Source of the DNA: Styela clava
Lineage: Eukaryota
Assembly (NCBI RefSeq): GCF_964204865.1
Contig: NC_135263.1
Location: 10,230,001 to 10,294,000, forward strand
Reading direction: 5' to 3'
DNA: 64,000 nucleotides
Every line of letters begins with the position of its first letter. Within the stretch, counting starts at the first letter, position 1. Both the position numbers and the translations under genes were made by a program. The notes below the pieces were generated by a model. The model was not told the DNA's origin and did no database searches. It worked only from the letters and a program-made list of their open reading frames with translations. Below are positions 63,510 through 64,000 of the stretch, one piece after another.

Positions 63510-64000
63510 CGAGAATTACCGTTGTATTTTGCGCCCCTCGTGGGCCAGATCCGGCCCACGAGGTAAAATAATCCGGCCTGCGAGCTGCGACGCTTCACTG
63601 AATTATAGCGACAAAACAGCGGGTTTTGACGATGAATTTATTTTATAATCCACGCTCGAGGAGTTGATTATATTCTTTACCTAACCAAATTTATTGTGAG
63701 ACATGTAGATTAAATTATATTATAACCTAACAATTCAGTGAACAGCTAGCTACTCGTTTAACGAGCCTACAATTTAATTATAATTAGACAAATGGCAATA
63801 CGCAGGAAAGTTGATGCTGAGTGCAGATGGTTCAATGGCGCACAAAATATTCGAATAGAGCTTCTTGAGATGCAATGCATTGAGGAAATAAAATCCCTAT
63901 TCTATTCGAGAGATGTATTACTGCTTGAATCAAAAAAAAAATATCTTCTTGAACGAAATCTCATACAAATGTGACAAACTATGCAAAAAATTCACCTCAA
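63510..64000 (+). mobile_element. Internally deleted SPIN/Charlie-like hAT element, running off the window end
   Basis: ggccagatccggcccacg subterminal motifs. ORF 63792 joins an N-terminal RRKVDAECRWFN to a C-terminal-type ELLEMQC motif. Confidence 0.55.

Overview
This is AT-rich animal genomic DNA. Gene architecture and repeat types suggest an ascidian (tunicate), but that is inference. The window has two contrasting halves. The first (3.7-19 kb) is a compact housekeeping block of four genes with intron-free coding sequences, arranged as two convergent same-strand pairs: a short PAH-less GON4L-like gene followed 121 bp later by RNase H1 (+), and an ADD-less ATRX-like gene followed 3.85 kb later by VCP/p97 (-). 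This fits SL trans-spliced dicistronic operons. RNase H1 has two splice acceptors, each in front of one of two in-frame ATGs, which could select mitochondrial versus nuclear isoforms. The second half (21-64 kb) is a repeat-rich accessory region. It holds an array of 3-exon, ~151-aa PMP22/EMP/claudin-like genes lacking the ECL1 cysteine pair (two intact, two with single-base frameshifts, one fragment). It also holds a 7-exon, 402-aa orphan type I receptor (CUB-like ectodomain, tyrosine-motif-rich tail) that the ORF track shows only in fragments, and a frameshifted methyltransferase. Mobile DNA includes a complete but decayed GalEa-type Ty1/copia element with LTRs, PBS, PPT and TSD, many hAT and Tc1/pogo MITEs, Helentron-associated (HINE-like) elements, tRNA-derived SINEs and a tandem repeat derived from an L1/Tx1-like zf-RVT region. 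All gene models were assembled by eye and need RNA-seq confirmation.
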